This document shows positions 27,159 through 35,589 of a DNA stretch of 64,000 nucleotides, piece after piece. Position 1 is the stretch's first letter. Each line of letters starts with the position of its first letter. Under the pieces are notes generated by a model. The model was not told the DNA's origin. It did no database searches and was given only the letters and a program-made list of their open reading frames with translations. The position numbers and the translations under genes are program-made. This stretch comes from Alphaproteobacteria bacterium (GTDB taxonomy: Bacteria > Pseudomonadota > Alphaproteobacteria > SP197), in the NCBI GenBank assembly GCA_964291415.2, contig OZ219918.1, positions 544,001-608,000 of the forward strand, written 5' to 3'.

Positions 27159-27396
27159 CACAGCGCCATGGGTGCCGCACCCGGCCTGCCGGCGCCGACA
27201 TGCCGCAGCAGGTTGCCGATAGAGATGGCAAGGAGCAGGGACATCGTCGGCGCACGAACGTCGAGGAGATCCGAGAGCCAGGCAACGCTCTCGTGTTCCG
27301 ATTCAGCTCGGACTGGGCCGAGCCGGATCGGCGTTCGGCGGGTGCGCCGGCGGGCAACCTGGACACGAGGTCGCTGAGGGAACGCGCTCGGGAACC

Positions 27397-28317
27397 TCAC
27401 TCCCCGGTGCCGACAAGGCGCCGGAAGTCCGTTTCGATGGCGACTGTTTCCAGATGGCGTCCGATGAGGACGATGCGCGAGCCACGCATGCCAGACGGCC
27501 ATGCGGCAAGACGGGAGAGGGGATGGAAGACGTGGCCGATGCCGTTGATGACGATCGGCACGTCGCTGCCGAGGAGATCGACAAGACCCTTGAAGCGAAG
27601 GAGCCGGTCGCCCTGGCGGGCAATGAGCCTCTCGATCCAGTCCATCAGTCGCGCCGCCTCGAGCGGTTTGTGAGCGGCGAGCGACAGGCTGGTGATGGTG
27701 CTGTCATGCTGCGTGGAACTGCTGGCGTGGATCCACGTCGACGGGTCCGGAACATGGCGGACGATATCGTCCGGCGTGACCGGTGATGCGAGGATGCGCG
27801 CATCCGCGTTGAGACTCCGCAGTCGCGCCTCGAGGCGATCCGTATCGGGAGCGAGGTCCGTCTTTGTGAGAACGATGGTGTCGGCGATCACCGCCTGGCG
27901 CAGGCATTCGGCCTGTGTTTCGAAGGGCCGTTCACCGGCCAGCGCATCCACGGTGGCAACGATACTCGCCATTGTTACCTGCCGACTGATCCTGTCGTCA
28001 TGAAGAAGCGTGTGAACCAGGGGTGCGGGATCGGCAAGGCCGCTTGTTTCGATGAGAATGCGGTTCGGTGCGTGCTGGTCTCGAAGGCGCATGATGGCCA
28101 ACACGACATCCTCGCGCACCTCGCAGCACAGGCAGCCGGCACCGACCAGCATGGTCGCCTCGTCGAGGTGTTCGATGAGGAGGTGGTCGACGCCGGTTTC
28201 TCCGAACTCGTTGACGATGACGGCGCTCCCGGCCATGGCCGGATGCCGGAGGAGGGCGTTGACGAGCGTCGTCTTTCCGCTGCCGAGGAAACCGGTGATG
28301 ACCGTGACGGGTGTCAT
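27397..28317 (-). CDS. COG0523/CobW-family GTPase metallochaperone
   Basis: TGFLGSGKTT, NEFGE, GCLCC, IETSGLADP, TKTD, RFKG; ATG overlaps the amidohydrolase stop. Confidence 0.92.
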   Translation of the reverse strand: MTPVTVITGFLGSGKTTLVNALLRHPAMAGSAVIVNEFGETGVDHLLIEHLDEATMLVGAGCLCCEVREDVVLAIMRLRDQHAPNRILIETSGLADPAPLVHTLLHDDRISRQVTMASIVATVDALAGERPFETQAECLRQAVIADTIVLTKTDLAPDTDRLEARLRSLNADARILASPVTPDDIVRHVPDPSTWIHASSSTQHDSTITSLSLAAHKPLEAARLMDWIERLIARQGDRLLRFKGLVDLLGSDVPIVINGIGHVFHPLSRLAAWPSGMRGSRIVLIGRHLETVAIETDFRRLVGTGE

Positions 28318-29156
28318 CAGGCAGCGATGCCCAGCAGGTCGAGAGGCCGCTCGTGGAGGATCTCCTCGATGAGAGCGTCTGGAATCTTCGGCATGACCAG
28401 TCCCTCGCCCCACCGGTTGATGGCGCGGAACTCGGCGACGGCGACGGCCGGACGGCGAACAGGAAAGTCGGATCCGAAGAGAAGCCGGCCGGTGACCCCG
28501 TACTCCCGGGCGATCATGAGACCGTTGTAGAGCTGCCAGGGCCTGTGATAGCGCGCCGAGAGATCGGCAAAGATGTTGTCGTTCTTGCGCATGAGGATGG
28601 CCGTCTGCTCCATGTACGGCTGTCCGAAGTGGGCTACGATGATCTTCAGGTGGGGAAAGTCCGTGGCGACCCGGTCGAGCAGGCACGGGTCGGCGAACTC
28701 GAGACTGCCCGTGTAGGCGCCCCCGCAGTGAAACATCACCGGCACGTCATGGTGACAGGCGATCTCGTAGAGCCGCCCGCAGGCGGGGCTTCTGGGGTCC
28801 ATCGCCTGATAGGTGGGCGAGAGTTTCAGGCCCTTGAGTCCCAGGGCCAGCGACGACTCGAAGTCATCGCCGGCATCGGCATCGTCGGGATGGACCGAAC
28901 AGAATCCGACCGCCCGTCCCGGGTGCCGGCGGACCACCTCGGCGATGAACTCGGAGGGCGTGTGATTGCCCGAGTGCTTGGGCAGGGCGACGACGACGAA
29001 CCGGGCGACCCCGGCCTCATCGATGGCCTCCGTGAGGAGATGGGGGTCTGCCTTGCCGTCGCCGAGGACGTTGCGCAGGGACTGCAAAGCCCTGTCCTCG
29101 TCCGTGCGGTGTTCGAAGAGAAAGGCGTGCGTATGCCAGTCGACGAGTTCTCCCAT
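28317..29156 (-). CDS. Amidohydrolase_2 family metal-dependent hydrolase
   Basis: DWHTH, LKGLKL, VMFH, IVAHFG, FADLSA, LLFGSDFP. Confidence 0.9.
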   Translation of the reverse strand: MGELVDWHTHAFLFEHRTDEDRALQSLRNVLGDGKADPHLLTEAIDEAGVARFVVVALPKHSGNHTPSEFIAEVVRRHPGRAVGFCSVHPDDADAGDDFESSLALGLKGLKLSPTYQAMDPRSPACGRLYEIACHHDVPVMFHCGGAYTGSLEFADPCLLDRVATDFPHLKIIVAHFGQPYMEQTAILMRKNDNIFADLSARYHRPWQLYNGLMIAREYGVTGRLLFGSDFPVRRPAVAVAEFRAINRWGEGLVMPKIPDALIEEILHERPLDLLGIAA

Positions 29157-29295
29157 GATCTCATTCCTGCATCAGTCTGACCGCGGGAGGCCTTCAAATG
29201 GCGATCTTGTGAGCGCTCCCCGGTCTCATGTATACTATGCCACGTCATTGGAAGGACCTTCTGGGGTCAGGAGGGGTGCGCCGGCAGGGCAAGTC

Positions 29296-30120
29296 ATGAG
29301 CCATTGGGATCTTGACGATATCGACTGGCAAGCCTTCGATCGGTCCAGTGTCGATCCCGACATGGTTCGTATCGTCAAGGCTGCATCGCTGGTCGAATAC
29401 AACGGCGACCTCTATGGCCGATATCTTGCGAACATCTTTGCGGACGACGATGCCTTTGTGGCGGCCGCGGGAATCTGGGCCACGGAAGAGGTGCGCCATG
29501 GCATCGCCCTGGGGCGCTGGGCGATGATGGTTGACCCGGCCTGGGATTTCGAAGCGGCCCGGGAGCGATTCAGGTCCGAATACAGCCAGGTCGATCTCAG
29601 CCTCGAGCACTCGGTGCGTGGCTCGCGTTTCAGCGAACTGGTTGCCCGCTGCATCGTCGAGGTCGGGACGTCGTCCTACTACACGGCCCTTGCCGAAGCG
29701 ACGCAGGAGCCCGTTCTGAGGCAGATCTTCAGGAGTATCGCGGCCGACGAGTTCCGGCACTACAAGCTGTTCTACGATCACATGAAGCGGTACAGGGTGA
29801 TCGACAATCCCAATCTCCTGACGCGCGTCCGTGTCGCCGTGACCCGACTTGCCGAGTCGGAGGATGACGAACTCGCCTTCGCCTACTACGTCGCGAACGA
29901 TGTTCCGGAAGCCTACAACCGGAAGGCCTGCGCCGCTGCCTACGGCAGCCGCGCCCTGCCGCACTACCGGCAGAAACACATCCGACTGGCGGTCAACATG
30001 ACCACCAAGGCCATGGGGCTCAAACCGAAGAGCCGCCTGGCCTCCCTGATTGCATGGGTCGTCTGCCATCTCTTCGACTGGCGCCGCCAGCGCCTTGTGC
30101 GCCAGGCTCCCGCCTACTGA
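29296..30120 (+). CDS. Ferritin-like di-iron protein (acyl-ACP desaturase/rubrerythrin-like)
   Basis: W.LDDIDW start; LVEY, EEVRH, IVEVG, DEFRH paired ExxH motifs. Confidence 0.8.
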   Translation: MSHWDLDDIDWQAFDRSSVDPDMVRIVKAASLVEYNGDLYGRYLANIFADDDAFVAAAGIWATEEVRHGIALGRWAMMVDPAWDFEAARERFRSEYSQVDLSLEHSVRGSRFSELVARCIVEVGTSSYYTALAEATQEPVLRQIFRSIAADEFRHYKLFYDHMKRYRVIDNPNLLTRVRVAVTRLAESEDDELAFAYYVANDVPEAYNRKACAAAYGSRALPHYRQKHIRLAVNMTTKAMGLKPKSRLASLIAWVVCHLFDWRRQRLVRQAPAY

Positions 30121-30141
30121 CGTCCGGCCGCGCCGGGAGGC

Positions 30142-30630
30142 TCAGGAATCGCTCCTGTCGAGGAGGTCGGCGAAGGCGGCGAAGACGTCACGGTACATCT
30201 GACGCTTGAACGCAACGATGCCGGCCTGGATGGTTCCGGCACGCATCCAGCGCCAGGCGCGGAATTCGGGGTGGTCGGTGCCATGGACGTCGATGGTGTC
30301 GTCCGTGCCCTCGAACCGCATGGCGAACCACACCTGCCTCTGGCCGCGATAGCGGCCATTCCAGGTCCGGCTGACGAGTTCCGGGGGGAGGTCGTAGGTC
30401 AGCGGTTGGGGAATCGCACGAAGCACCGAGACGGCGCGGATTCCCGTTTCTTCGGCAAGTTCGCGCAAGGCTGCCCCGACGGGTTCCTCCCCCTCGTCCA
30501 TTCCACCCTGGGGCATCTGCCAGACACCGGGACGGTCGAGCCTCTCGCCGACAAAGACCAGGCCGGCTTCGTTGAGGAGAACGATACCCACGCCTTCCCG
30601 CCATGGCAGGCACGGGTTCGGGGATGTCAT
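30142..30630 (-). CDS. rppH: RNA pyrophosphohydrolase
   Basis: WQMPQGG, Nudix box ALRELAEETG, YRGQRQVWF. Confidence 0.93.
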   Translation of the reverse strand: MTSPNPCLPWREGVGIVLLNEAGLVFVGERLDRPGVWQMPQGGMDEGEEPVGAALRELAEETGIRAVSVLRAIPQPLTYDLPPELVSRTWNGRYRGQRQVWFAMRFEGTDDTIDVHGTDHPEFRAWRWMRAGTIQAGIVAFKRQMYRDVFAAFADLLDRSDS

Positions 30631-31892
30631 CGCGATGCCAGTGCGATGCCTTCGATGAGATCGAGCGCCCGGCTCAACTGGTAGTCCCCCAGCGCCTGCT
30701 CGCTGCGCCGGGAGGAGGCATCCTCGTCCTCTTCTTCCGAAGGAACGGCGTTTCCGGCATCAAGGCTGTTGACGAGATCGGCCTCGCCAAAGCGCTCCAC
30801 GCCGCTCGACTGGATGACCGCCTCCTCGACGATGATGTCCGGCGAGATGCCGGTCCCCTGGATCGACATGCCGGAGGGTGTGTAGTAGCGGGCGGTCGTC
30901 AGGCGCATGGCGCCGCCGCTGGCCAGCGGCATGAATGACTGGACCGATCCCTTGCCGAACGAATGCGTCCCCATGATGATGGCCCTGCGGTGGTCCTGCA
31001 GGGCGCCGGCGACGATTTCGGAGCCCGAGGCGGATCCGCCGTTGATCAGCACGACGATCGGCAGCCCCTCCGCGAGGTCGCCGCTCTCGGAGTGAAAGCG
31101 CTGGGCATCACCTTCCCGCCGGCCCCGTGTCGAGACAATCTCTCCCTGCTCAAGGAAGGAGTCCGCCACGGAGATGGCCTGGTCGAGCAGACCTCCGGGG
31201 TTGTTGCGCAGATCCAGAACGATACCCTGAAGATCGCCGGCCGCGGCGTCCTCGATGGCCTCCATGGCGTCGTCGACGCCGCCCTGGGTCTGCTGGGTGA
31301 ACGACGTGATGCGCACGTAGCCCACCTTCTTCTCGAGACGCCACCGCACCGACTGGATGGTGATGATGGCTCGGATGATGGTGAACGTGATGGGCTCGTC
31401 GACGCCCTCGCGGGCGACGGTGAGCGTGATTTCGGAATCGGGCGGGCCGCGCAGCTTGTCCACGGCCTCGTTGAGGGTGAGGCCGAGCAGGGGTTCCTCG
31501 TCAAGATGGGTCACGAAATCACCGGCCTTGATGCCGGCGCGCTGCGCCGGTGTGTCATCGATCGGCGCCACGACCTTGACGAAGCCGTTCTCCATGGTGA
31601 CCTCGATCCCCAATCCGCCAAACTCCCCGGTGGTCTGGACCTGGGCTTCCGCGTAGGCATCGGGCGAGTAGTAGCTCGAATGGGGATCGAGAGAGCCCAG
31701 CATGCCTTCGATGGCGGCTTCGATCAGATCGGAATCGGAGACCTCCTCGACGTAATCCGAGCGCAGACGCTCGAATACGTCGCCAAAGAGATCGAGGGCG
31801 CGCCACGTGTCGTCGCCGGCAGCCGTCGCGTGCCCCGGACCCTGCAGGACGAAAAGACCGAGGACGATTGCCAGGGAAATCGTTCGTTTCAT
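30627..31892 (-). CDS. ctpA: S41 C-terminal processing protease with PDZ domain
   Basis: LDPHSSY, FGGLGI, LDLRNNPGG, SASGSEI, SFGKGSVQ. Confidence 0.93.
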   Translation of the reverse strand: MKRTISLAIVLGLFVLQGPGHATAAGDDTWRALDLFGDVFERLRSDYVEEVSDSDLIEAAIEGMLGSLDPHSSYYSPDAYAEAQVQTTGEFGGLGIEVTMENGFVKVVAPIDDTPAQRAGIKAGDFVTHLDEEPLLGLTLNEAVDKLRGPPDSEITLTVAREGVDEPITFTIIRAIITIQSVRWRLEKKVGYVRITSFTQQTQGGVDDAMEAIEDAAAGDLQGIVLDLRNNPGGLLDQAISVADSFLEQGEIVSTRGRREGDAQRFHSESGDLAEGLPIVVLINGGSASGSEIVAGALQDHRRAIIMGTHSFGKGSVQSFMPLASGGAMRLTTARYYTPSGMSIQGTGISPDIIVEEAVIQSSGVERFGEADLVNSLDAGNAVPSEEEDEDASSRRSEQALGDYQLSRALDLIEGIALASR

Positions 31893-33004
31893 TGATTGCT
31901 CTCTTCGCTGAAGGCCGCGGTCAGCCAGTCCGGGGCGTTCACGGGAATCCCCTTGTGGCGGATTTCTACATAGAGGGTTCGCTCTTCCGTGTCATCCGCC
32001 GCCATGACGGCGACGGGTTGTCCGGCCACCAGCCATTCGCCCGCTCCAACGGTGCCGTGGTCAAAGCCGAGAAGAACCGTCTGATAGTTGTCGCCGTGAT
32101 CGATGACCAGAAGAGGACCGCTTCCGTTGAAGGGACCAGAATGGAGGACGACGCCATCAAAGGGCGTGATGACCGGTTCGCCCGGCGCCGTGGCGATACG
32201 CAGGCGGTGGCGCCCGTCGGTGACGCCGCGTGCGGGGTAGGGCAGGGTGCTCTTCCGCGATTCGATACCCGTCACCATCAGGGCCGTTCGGATATCTGCT
32301 GTCAGGAGGTTGCCAAGAGACGCCTGTGCCATCGATTCTGCCGCGAGGCGATGGAGAAACGACGTCAGTGTCGCCGGCGCTTCGATCACGGGTTTCTGCT
32401 CGACCGTCAGCGGTGCCAGGATCTCCCGGACACGTTCGCTTGCGAAGTCGATGTCCGCCTCGACCGCACGGAGTCTCCCGAGCGTATCGAGTCTGGCTGC
32501 ATCCATGCCTTCCTGGACGGCAGCGAGCGCACTCAACTCATCCAGGAGTCGTGTCATGTCCTTCATGTGCCTTTCGATGCCGGTCACCAGAACATGGGCG
32601 ACAACGGAGGAACGGTGAACAACGGACAACGGAGCAGGCATCGCGATGACCACGCCACGCGGGATGCCGGACACCCGGTGGAACACGCTGACACGGGTGC
32701 CCCAGGCCTCGCGATGGGGCTCGAGGCTTGCAAGTCCGGATTCGATCCTGCGATCGATGTCGTCGAGATCTTCGCGCGTCGATACGAGGATGTCGGCAAG
32801 GCGGCGCCTTTCGGATTCGCCGGCCAGCAGCGTGTCGCGCAGCGAAGCGAGGTCAGCCGTCGAAGGGGAAGGCTCCTGGGTCGGCGCATCACTGCCCATG
32901 GATATCAGGGTTTCGAGGTCGCCTGGAGATTCGTCACCCGCAACAGGTGTGTGAACAAGGAGACCCGCCGAAAGCAGCAGGATTGCCAGGCATGAACGAC
33001 TCAT
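31889..33004 (-). CDS. envC: EnvC-like murein hydrolase activator (degenerate M23)
   Basis: Signal peptide, coiled-coil region, C-terminal LytM fold (PFDGVVLHSGPF, LLVIDHG, LYVEIR) lacking Zn ligands; between gpmI and ctpA. Confidence 0.75.
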   Translation of the reverse strand: MSRSCLAILLLSAGLLVHTPVAGDESPGDLETLISMGSDAPTQEPSPSTADLASLRDTLLAGESERRRLADILVSTREDLDDIDRRIESGLASLEPHREAWGTRVSVFHRVSGIPRGVVIAMPAPLSVVHRSSVVAHVLVTGIERHMKDMTRLLDELSALAAVQEGMDAARLDTLGRLRAVEADIDFASERVREILAPLTVEQKPVIEAPATLTSFLHRLAAESMAQASLGNLLTADIRTALMVTGIESRKSTLPYPARGVTDGRHRLRIATAPGEPVITPFDGVVLHSGPFNGSGPLLVIDHGDNYQTVLLGFDHGTVGAGEWLVAGQPVAVMAADDTEERTLYVEIRHKGIPVNAPDWLTAAFSEESNQ

Positions 33005-34533
33005 GGATGCGGCAAGAGCAGCGACCGTCCGGACATTTCGTCCGGCTTAGCAAGGTCCAGGAGATGCAGCAGGGTAGGTGCGAGATCCTGCAGGGACCCC
33101 TTGCGAAGTCTGTGGTCAGGCGGGTCCTGGATGAGGGCAAGGGGTACGGGATTGGTCGTGTGCGCCGTGTGCGGGCCGCCGGTCGCCGGATCCAGCATGG
33201 TCTCGATGTTGCCATGATCGGCGGTGACCACAAGGCGGCCTCCCATGTCGGCGACGGCATTTGCCATGGCGCCAAGACACTGATCGACGGCTTCAACCGC
33301 CTTGACGGCCGCCGGAATGACCCCGGTATGACCGACCATGTCAGGATTGGCGAGGTTGCAGATGATGACATCGAAGGTGTTGTCGCGCACAGCTGACACG
33401 AGTCGCCGCGTGACCTCGAATGCCGCCATTTCGGGTTTGAGGTCGTAGGTGGCCACGTCGGGCGAGGGAACGAGAATGCGCTCCTCACCCGGAAAGACAT
33501 GCTCTCGTCCGCCGTTGAAGAAGTACGTGACATGGGCATATTTTTCGGTCTCGGCGATACGCAGCTGGCGCATGCCGGCATCGGCAATCAGGCTACCGAA
33601 ACTGCTCTGTGTCTCCGGGGACGGGAACAACGCCGGAAGGTGTCGATCGAGGTGGGCGGCATAGGGAACCATGCCGGCGCATCCGGCGAATTGCGGTTTC
33701 CGGTCCCTGTCGAAACCGGCAAAGGCAGGGTCGACGAGGGCGCCCGTGATCTGCCGCACCCTGTCGGCACGGAAGTTGGCCATGATGAGGCCATCGCCAT
33801 CACACATGCCGGCATAGGCGCCGATGATGGCGGGTGCGACGAACTCGTCGGTCAGCCCCGCCTTGCGGGCTCGGTCCATGGCCTCGCCCATCGTGCCGGA
33901 TCGCGCACCGTCTCCCTTGACCATGGCCGCCCACGCCGGTTTCACACGCTGCCAGCGCCGATCCCGGTCCATGGCGTAGTAGCGTCCCGTCAGGGTCGCG
34001 ATCCGGGCGTGGGGGGCGGCGCCGGCGAATCGCTCGAGATAGGACTGAGCGCTGGATGGTGGCGTATCGCGGCCATCGAGGAAGGCATGGACGACAACAT
34101 CGATCCCGTGGTCGTGGAACATGTTGGCGAGTGCTGCCATGTGATCCTGATGACTGTGGACGCCGCCGGGCGACAGGAGACCGGCGAGATGACATACGCC
34201 TCGGCTGCGCTTGAGTGTCCCGATCAGGTCCCCGAGCACCGGATTGCCGGCCAGGGATCCATCTCGGACGGCAGCGTCGATGCGCGGCAGGTTCTGCACG
34301 ATGATGCGGCCCGCACCCATGGTGAGATGACCGACTTCGGAGTTGCCCATCTGGCCGCACGGCAGTCCGACGGCTTCGCCGGAGGTGGCGAGCGTCGTCA
34401 CGGCGCGGGAGCCGGAGATCGTCGCCCAGGTGGGGGTTGTCGCCAGGCTGATGGCATTGCCTGGCCCGGCTTCGGCAACACCCCAGCCGTCGAGGATGCA
34501 AAAGACCAGTGGCCGGGAGATGATTCCAGACAT
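33001..34533 (-). CDS. gpmI: 2,3-bisphosphoglycerate-independent phosphoglycerate mutase
   Basis: ILDGWG, QMGNSEVGH, GRYYAMDRD, AETEKYAHVT, NPDMVGHTG, TADHGN. Confidence 0.96.
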   Translation of the reverse strand: MSGIISRPLVFCILDGWGVAEAGPGNAISLATTPTWATISGSRAVTTLATSGEAVGLPCGQMGNSEVGHLTMGAGRIIVQNLPRIDAAVRDGSLAGNPVLGDLIGTLKRSRGVCHLAGLLSPGGVHSHQDHMAALANMFHDHGIDVVVHAFLDGRDTPPSSAQSYLERFAGAAPHARIATLTGRYYAMDRDRRWQRVKPAWAAMVKGDGARSGTMGEAMDRARKAGLTDEFVAPAIIGAYAGMCDGDGLIMANFRADRVRQITGALVDPAFAGFDRDRKPQFAGCAGMVPYAAHLDRHLPALFPSPETQSSFGSLIADAGMRQLRIAETEKYAHVTYFFNGGREHVFPGEERILVPSPDVATYDLKPEMAAFEVTRRLVSAVRDNTFDVIICNLANPDMVGHTGVIPAAVKAVEAVDQCLGAMANAVADMGGRLVVTADHGNIETMLDPATGGPHTAHTTNPVPLALIQDPPDHRLRKGSLQDLAPTLLHLLDLAKPDEMSGRSLLLPHP

Positions 34534-34565
34534 GGTTCGACCCTCGTCAGAGCCGACCGGGGGCG

Positions 34566-34940
34566 TCAGGCAGTGGCTTCCACGGGAAGCAGGGCGGGCA
34601 TCGCCCACATCCGTTCCAGGTTGTAGAGACTGCGCAGGTCATTGTGGAATATGTGGACGATCACGTCGCCCAGATCGATCAGGATCCAGTCGCCGGGATC
34701 GTATCCTTCCATGCTGGTGATACGTCGTCCATGGCCCTTGAGGGCTGTGGCGACCCTGTCGGCCAGGGCCGTAACCTGTCTTTGGGTCTGTCCGCCACAC
34801 ACGATCATGGAGTCGGCGAACGTTGTTTTCCCGGCAAGGTCGATGACCACAACGTCATCTGCCTTGCCATCTTCCAGTACCTTCGTCGTCACGGCGACGA
34901 GGTCCAGGTCCTCATCCCTGGAAGCGGTTTCATGAGGAAT
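34566..34940 (-). CDS. rsfS: Ribosome silencing factor (start uncertain: ATT 34940 or GTG 34892)
   Basis: LEDGKADDVVVIDL, WILIDLGDVIVHIF, YNLERMW. Confidence 0.88.
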   Translation of the reverse strand: MPHETASRDEDLDLVAVTTKVLEDGKADDVVVIDLAGKTTFADSMIVCGGQTQRQVTALADRVATALKGHGRRITSMEGYDPGDWILIDLGDVIVHIFHNDLRSLYNLERMWAMPALLPVEATA

Positions 34941-35589
34941 GGATGACTCTCCCCTTGCTCATGTCACGGTTGGTTTGCTCGGCGAAGGCGAAACGCGTGT
35001 CGCCTGATCTGATGGCCGTTGCCGAGGCGCCGTGTCTGTGGCCGACAATGAGTGCCCAGACAGGCGGCTTCCTCAAAATCAGGGATCTCGCCTGGTGTCC
35101 CTTTATGCGGCAACGTCGGTAGCGTATGGCTGCCCTGCCCGTCAGACTTGTCAGAGAATAGGGAGCCCGGTCGAACACTGCAATGGGGATCATGGCAAAG
35201 AGTCGTTCCCAGTGCTTCCACAGGTGGACCCCGGCGAGGTTGTCCGCTCCCATGAGCCAGGCGAATCGGCAGGACGGAAGCCGGCGCTTGAGGCAGGCGA
35301 CGGTATCGACCGTGTAGAGTGTTCCAAGACCGGCCTCGAGTCCGGTCACCGAGATTCTTGCGCCCTTCGCAAAGGTCCGGGCCCTGTGCAGCCGCTCGGG
35401 AAAGGACAGCATGCCGCGGACGGGCTTCAAGGGATTGTGCGGCGCCACCAGCCACCAGACCTCATCGAGGCCCAGCTGACGACGGGCGACATGGCTGACA
35501 AAAAGATGCCCCTCGTGAGCGGGATTGAACGAACCACCGAGAAGGCCGATGCGTTGGCCACGGCCGGCATGGAGTATCGGTTGGGTCAG
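34930..35589 (-). CDS. nadD: Nicotinate-nucleotide adenylyltransferase (no canonical start; CTG 35589 inferred)
   Basis: Frame upstream of the tracked ORF reads RIGLLGGSFNPAHEGH; then WLMGADN, WKHW, SATAIR. Confidence 0.9.
   Translation of the reverse strand: MTQPILHAGRGQRIGLLGGSFNPAHEGHLFVSHVARRQLGLDEVWWLVAPHNPLKPVRGMLSFPERLHRARTFAKGARISVTGLEAGLGTLYTVDTVACLKRRLPSCRFAWLMGADNLAGVHLWKHWERLFAMIPIAVFDRAPYSLTSLTGRAAIRYRRCRIKGHQARSLILRKPPVWALIVGHRHGASATAIRSGDTRFAFAEQTNRDMSKGRVIHSS

Noticed and set aside
27160-27396. Hydrophobic minus-strand stretch (SLLLAISIGNLLRHVGAG) as a gene remnant
   Set aside because: No start, RBS or recognisable family; cannot be supported by eye
31889-33004. M23 peptidase lacking zinc ligands as a pseudogene
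   Set aside because: A degenerate LytM domain is normal for EnvC-type activators
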